A DNA stretch of 61,027 nt, filler included. It is 8 parts of 8 records of this genome, joined end to end, with 100 filler letters (N's around TTAATTAATTAA, not from the genome) between each part and the next. Parts side by side here need not be neighbours in the genome. Positions count along the whole stretch, not along the records: positions 55,930 to 61,027 come from SRR31147125_76813; 7 more parts are not named here. One strand, written 5' to 3'. Shown here one piece after another: positions 61,026 to 61,027 of the stretch (position 1 is its first letter; every line of letters begins with the position of its first letter). Position numbers and translations under genes: made by a program. The notes under the pieces were generated by a model. It worked only from the letters and a program-made list of their open reading frames with translations. It searched no databases and was not told the DNA's origin.

Positions 61026-61027
61026 AT

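Noticed and set aside
1-61027. rRNA, tRNA, CRISPR arrays, IS/transposases, integrases, phage or defence genes
   Set aside because: None recognised by eye. The longer intergenic regions show no repeat-spacer periodicity or cloverleaf patterns; tRNAscan-SE and Infernal would be needed to exclude small RNAs fully.

Overview
This window is not one locus. It is eight unrelated contigs joined by seven artificial 100-bp spacers (N44-TTAATTAATTAA-N44), so gene adjacency is meaningful only within a contig. Taxonomic labels below are inferred from gene content. (1) 1-17952, FCB-group-like: a tandemly repeated cassette of TonB-dependent receptor, secreted FN3/T9SS-CTD protein, PorV-like barrel and GWxTD-domain protein. 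It has conserved terminators, sigma70 promoters, LacI-like operators and an unusual leader with two perfect Shine-Dalgarno motifs that head no sizeable ORF. This is the best candidate for an undescribed system. (2) 18053-24117, Desulfobacterota-like: HAMP/PAS kinase, sigma54 activator and REC-PAS kinase, with a candidate enhancer and -24/-12 promoter. (3) 24218-29467: a B12-radical SAM / GT2-DUF2062 / acyltransferase / ACP / ketosynthase lipid cluster. (4) 29568-35119: ahcY, pcrA/uvrD, gph-like phosphatase, secreted nuclease, rdgB. (5) 35220-44199, Clostridia-like: glyQS, mnmG, small accessory genes, MarR-GNAT, rpsO, pnp. (6) 44300-49621: dnaA-oriC-dnaN-recF-remB-gyrB. (7) 49722-55829: an uncharacterised catabolic cluster (TIM-barrel isomerase, MlrC/M81, XRE-cupin, SDR, lactonase, AtuA-like, DUF4387). 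(8) 55930-61027, Bacteroidota-like: GH29 and GH95 fucosidases and a beta-propeller hydrolase fragment. Five genes carry single-base deletions in homopolymer runs, most likely sequencing errors. I saw no rRNA, tRNA, CRISPR array or transposase. Family assignments come from motif recognition by eye, not database searches.
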